Shown here: one piece after another, positions 60,038 through 64,000 of the stretch
Numbering within the stretch: position 1 is the first letter of the stretch
How the letters are laid out: every line of letters starts with the position of its first letter
Source of the DNA: an uncultured delta proteobacterium
GTDB lineage: Bacteria > Myxococcota_A > Polyangia > Fen-1088
Length of the DNA stretch: 64,000 nt
Reading direction: 5' to 3'
Assembly (NCBI GenBank): GCA_963796685.1
Contig: CAWCMR010000013.1
Span: forward strand, 608,001-672,000
The notes under the pieces: model-generated
Databases searched by the model: none
Seen by the model: the letters and a program-made list of their open reading frames with translations, nothing else
Told to the model about the DNA's origin: nothing
Translations under genes and position numbers: made by a program

Positions 60038-63000
60038 ATGACCATGCTCGTACTTCGTGGCGCGCCTGCATTCACCCCTGCGCGGCTGGCCAAGCGGCTG
60101 CGGAGGATTCAAGGACAGAATCCGGCCATTCGCGACACGGTCGCCGAGTTCGTCCATTTCGCCGAGATCAGCGAGCCGCTCTCGAGCGAGGAGAGGCACG
60201 TCCTCGATCGGCTGCTCCGCTACGGCCCGCGCGTCGAGGCAAACAAGCTGGACGGTCTGCGACTGCTGGTGGTGCCGCGCCTCGGGACCATTTCCCCTTG
60301 GTCCTCCAAGGCCACGGACGTCGCCCACAACTGCGGCCTGCACAAGGTCAAGCGCATCGAGCGCGGCATCTGGTACACCCTGGCCGGCGAGATCACGGAC
60401 GACATCGCTCTGCGCGCCGCCATCCACGATCGCATGACCGAATCGGTCTTGCAGCGCGAGGAAGAGGCTACGCAAATCTTCCGCCACGCCGAGCCACAAC
60501 CGCTCGCGACCGTGGATGTGCTCGGCAAGGGCCGGGCCGCCATCGAAGCGGCCAATGCCTCCATGGGGTTGGCTTTGGCGGCGGACGAGATCGACTATCT
60601 GGTCGAGAGCTTTCGCGCCCTCGGCAGAAACCCGACGGACGTCGAGCTGATGATGTTCGCCCAGGCCAACAGCGAGCACTGCCGACACAAGATCTTCAAT
60701 GCCGATTTCATCATCGACGGCGAGAGACAGGAGAAGTCGCTGTTCAAGATGATCCGGCGCAGCACGGAAGCCAGTCCGGCAGGCGTCCTATCCGCCTACA
60801 GCGACAACGCCGCGGTGATGGAAGGGCCGGAGGCCGGGCTGTTCTTTCCGGATCCCAAGACCGGCGTCTACGATTTCCATCGCGAGCCCGTGGGCATCCT
60901 GATGAAGGTCGAGACCCACAACCACCCCACCGCCATCTCGCCCTACCCCGGCGCCGCGACCGGCTCGGGCGGCGAGATCCGCGACGAGGGCGCGACCGGC
61001 CGCGGCTCCAAGCCCAAGGCCGGGCTGGCCGGATTCTCGGTTTCCAACCTGCGCCTGCCCGACGCCGTTCGCCCGTGGGAGAAGGATTTCGGCAAGCCGA
61101 CGCGCATCGCCTCGGCGCTCGACATCATGCTGGAAGGCCCCATCGGCGGCGCCGCCTTCAACAACGAATTCGGCCGGCCCAACATCGCGGGCTACTTCCG
61201 GACCTTCGAGATGGAAGTTCCCGGGCCGCATGGGCGCGAGATGCGCGGCTACCACAAGCCCATCATGATCGCGGGCGGCTTCGGCAACATCCGCAGGTCC
61301 CTGGTCAACAAGGGCGAAGTCCCGGCAGGCGCGGCCATCATCGTGCTCGGCGGCCCGGCCATGCTCATCGGGCTCGGCGGTGGCGCGGCCTCGTCCATGG
61401 CCTCGGGCGCGTCCGAAGAAGAGCTCGATTTCGCGTCCGTTCAACGCGACAACGCCGAAATGCAGCGGCGCTGCCAGGAAGTCATCGACCGCTGCTGCGC
61501 CCTCGGCGAGCAGAGCCCCATCGTGTCCATCCACGACGTCGGCGCGGGCGGGCTGTCCAACGCCTTGCCCGAGCTCGTGAACGACAGCAAGCGCGGAGCC
61601 CGCTTCGAGCTGCGCAAGATCCCGAGCGACGAGCCCGGCATGTCGCCGCTGGAGATCTGGTGCAACGAAGCGCAAGAGCGCTACGTCCTGGCCGTGGCCG
61701 AAGACAAGCTCGCGGCCTTCGAGGCGCTGTGCCGGCGCGAGCGCTGCCCCTTTGCTGTGCTCGGGAATGCCACCGCCGAAGGGAGGCTGCAGGTCACCGA
61801 TACACACTTCGGCAATCAACCCATCGACATGCCGCTGTCGGTGCTGCTCGGCAAGCCGCCCAAGATGGTTCGCGACGTCAAGCGCGCGAAGGTCGCGCAG
61901 CAGGCGTTTGCCACCGCCGGCATCGACCTGCGCGAGGCCATCACGCGCGTCCTGCGCCTGCCCGCGGTGGCGGACAAGACCTTCCTCATCACCATCGGCG
62001 ACCGCACGGTCACCGGGCTCATCGCGCGCGACCAGATGGTCGGGCCGTGGCAGGTGCCGGTCGCCGACGCCGCCGTGACTGCGACCAGCTACGACACCTT
62101 CACCGGCGAGGCCATGGCCATGGGCGAACGCACGCCGGTCGCGTTGCTCGATGCCGCGGCCTCGGTGCGCCTGGCCGTCGGCGAGGCCATCACCAATATC
62201 GCCAGCGCGCCCATCGGCGACCTCGGCAAGATCAAGCTCTCGGCCAACTGGATGGCGCCGGCCGGACATCCCGGCGAGGACGCGCGCTTGGTCGATGCCG
62301 TCCGCACCGTGGGTGAAGAGCTGGCCCCGGCCCTCGGCATCGCCATTCCCGTGGGCAAGGACTCCATGTCCATGAGCACGGTGTGGCACGAAGGCGGCAA
62401 GGAGAAGCGCGTGACCGCCCCGCTCTCCCTCATCGTCAGCGCGTTCGCGCCCGCCACCGACATTCGCCGCGCGCTCACGCCGCAACTACGCACCGATGCC
62501 GGCGAGACCGAGCTGCTGCTGATCGATCTGGGCGCAAGCAAGAATCGCCTGGGTGGTTCGGCCCTGGCCCAGGTCTTTGGCCAGCTCGGCGAGGTGCCGC
62601 CGGATCTCGACGACCCTTCGCTGCTCAAGGGCTTCTTTGCGGCGATTCAGGAGTTGGCCGCTGCCCAGAAGATCCTCGCCTACCACGATCGCTCGGATGG
62701 CGGTCTCTTCGTCGCCGTGCTGGAAATGGCGTTTGCCGGTGGTACAGGCGTATGCATCGACCTGCCATCCGGCAGTGACGATGTTCTGGCGTCGCTCTTT
62801 TGCGAAGAGCTGGGCGCGGTGGTGCAAGTCCGCACATCCGACGCCCAGGAAGCTCGTGCCTGTCTCGCCCGGCATGGCCTGGGCGAGCTTGTTCGCGCTT
62901 GCGGCCGGCCGGCCGGCGCAAACGAGATCGCGATCCGCAGAGATGGCCGCGTCCTTTACGCCGAGAGGCGATCGGTTCTGCGCGGCATCTGGTCCGAGAC

Positions 63001-63925
63001 CACCTTCGCCATGCAAGCCCTGCGCGACGACCCGACCTGCGCAGCCGAAGAACAGGTCAGTCGCTGCGACGCCGCCGATCCGGGCCTGGTCCTGCGCCCG
63101 AGCTTCGATGCCCAGGCCGACGTGGCCCTGCCCTTCATCGTGGGCGGCGCGAAACCGCGCGTGGCCATCCTGCGCGAGCAAGGGGTGAACGGGCAGATCG
63201 AGATGGCGGCGGCCTTCCACCGCGCCGGGTTCGAGCCCGTCGACGTCCATATGAGCGACATCCTGGCGGGCCACATCGAGCTGGCGGGATTCCGTGGCCT
63301 CGCGGCCTGCGGCGGTTTCTCCTACGGCGACGTCCTCGGGGCCGGCGAAGGCTGGGCCAAATCCATCTTGTACAGTCTGCGCGCCCGCACCGAGTTCGAG
63401 CGCTTCTTCGCCCGACCCGACACCTTCACGCTCGGCGTTTGCAACGGCTGCCAGATGGTCTCCAACTTGAAAGAGATCATTCCCGGTGCCGAACACTGGC
63501 CGCGCTTCGTGCGCAACCGCAGCGAGCAATTCGAGGCCCGCCTGGCCCAAGTGCGAATCGAGCAGAGCCCATCGGTGCTGCTGGCCGGCATGGCAGGATC
63601 GCTGCTTCCCATCGCCGTCGCCCATGGCGAAGGTCGCGCCGAATTTGCCTCGGCGGACGCGCATGCCGCCCTGGATCGCTCCGGCCTGGTGGCCGCCCGC
63701 TTCGTCGACCATCACGGCAACCCGACCGAGCACTATCCCGAAAATCCCAACGGCTCGCCGCGAGGGATCACCGCCATCACCACGCGAGACGGCCGTGCCT
63801 CCATCGTCATGCCCCACCCCGAGCGCGTGTTTCGCAGCGTGCAGCTGTCGTGGCACCCCGACGACGCCGGCCATGACTCGCCCTGGATGCGCTTGTTTCG
63901 CAACGCCAGGGTCTTCGTGGGCTGA
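60038..63925 (+). CDS. purL: Phosphoribosylformylglycinamidine synthase, large single-chain form
   Basis: [52 protein letters not shown], glutaminase GGFSYGD...LGVCNGCQ...MPHPER. Confidence 0.97.
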   Translation: MTMLVLRGAPAFTPARLAKRLRRIQGQNPAIRDTVAEFVHFAEISEPLSSEERHVLDRLLRYGPRVEANKLDGLRLLVVPRLGTISPWSSKATDVAHNCGLHKVKRIERGIWYTLAGEITDDIALRAAIHDRMTESVLQREEEATQIFRHAEPQPLATVDVLGKGRAAIEAANASMGLALAADEIDYLVESFRALGRNPTDVELMMFAQANSEHCRHKIFNADFIIDGERQEKSLFKMIRRSTEASPAGVLSAYSDNAAVMEGPEAGLFFPDPKTGVYDFHREPVGILMKVETHNHPTAISPYPGAATGSGGEIRDEGATGRGSKPKAGLAGFSVSNLRLPDAVRPWEKDFGKPTRIASALDIMLEGPIGGAAFNNEFGRPNIAGYFRTFEMEVPGPHGREMRGYHKPIMIAGGFGNIRRSLVNKGEVPAGAAIIVLGGPAMLIGLGGGAASSMASGASEEELDFASVQRDNAEMQRRCQEVIDRCCALGEQSPIVSIHDVGAGGLSNALPELVNDSKRGARFELRKIPSDEPGMSPLEIWCNEAQERYVLAVAEDKLAAFEALCRRERCPFAVLGNATAEGRLQVTDTHFGNQPIDMPLSVLLGKPPKMVRDVKRAKVAQQAFATAGIDLREAITRVLRLPAVADKTFLITIGDRTVTGLIARDQMVGPWQVPVADAAVTATSYDTFTGEAMAMGERTPVALLDAAASVRLAVGEAITNIASAPIGDLGKIKLSANWMAPAGHPGEDARLVDAVRTVGEELAPALGIAIPVGKDSMSMSTVWHEGGKEKRVTAPLSLIVSAFAPATDIRRALTPQLRTDAGETELLLIDLGASKNRLGGSALAQVFGQLGEVPPDLDDPSLLKGFFAAIQELAAAQKILAYHDRSDGGLFVAVLEMAFAGGTGVCIDLPSGSDDVLASLFCEELGAVVQVRTSDAQEARACLARHGLGELVRACGRPAGANEIAIRRDGRVLYAERRSVLRGIWSETTFAMQALRDDPTCAAEEQVSRCDAADPGLVLRPSFDAQADVALPFIVGGAKPRVAILREQGVNGQIEMAAAFHRAGFEPVDVHMSDILAGHIELAGFRGLAACGGFSYGDVLGAGEGWAKSILYSLRARTEFERFFARPDTFTLGVCNGCQMVSNLKEIIPGAEHWPRFVRNRSEQFEARLAQVRIEQSPSVLLAGMAGSLLPIAVAHGEGRAEFASADAHAALDRSGLVAARFVDHHGNPTEHYPENPNGSPRGITAITTRDGRASIVMPHPERVFRSVQLSWHPDDAGHDSPWMRLFRNARVFVG

Positions 63926-64000
63926 GCAGGTTTCGATCCCCCGTCCCTTGATCCTGCTGGCCGGCGAGGTATAGCCTTGCCGTTACGTGCTAAAGACTCA

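Overview
GC-rich (roughly two-thirds G+C by eye) chromosomal segment whose gene content points to a Myxococcota (Polyangia-like) bacterium: Hanks kinase with PEGA domain, TSP3-OmpA protein, vWA-like lipoprotein, DUF6178, short EF-Ts. Most of 17.5-64 kb is housekeeping: M16 peptidase pair, recQ, radC, ECF sigma/anti-sigma, rlmI-like methyltransferase, dnaG-rpoD, rpsB-tsf-pyrH-frr, ino1, rarA, dacB, a Gld-like ABC exporter, skp-fabZ and purL. An accessory conflict island spans about 3.1-17.3 kb. It starts at a breakpoint where a GH8 gene and a type III R-M mod gene both lose their 5' ends. It then carries an intact type III Res gene and an orphan VgrG with a C-terminal HExxH metallopeptidase. 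Downstream of that vgrG is an immunity-like array hiding an unannotated L,D-transpeptidase toxin tip. The island also holds an IS1634 transposase inside two nested inverted-repeat pairs with a perfect 21-bp hairpin, and two AAA-DUF4143 ATPase-nucleases, each with its own promoter palindrome. Window-wide signals are: +1 frameshifts clustered at GATC and GAGCTC (probably methylation-linked read errors), -10 boxes 6-8 nt before many start codons (leaderless mRNAs), a skp-fabZ pair lacking lpxD/lpxA, and several families of periodic intergenic hairpins. No tRNA, rRNA or CRISPR array was seen. All family assignments come from motif recognition, not database searches.
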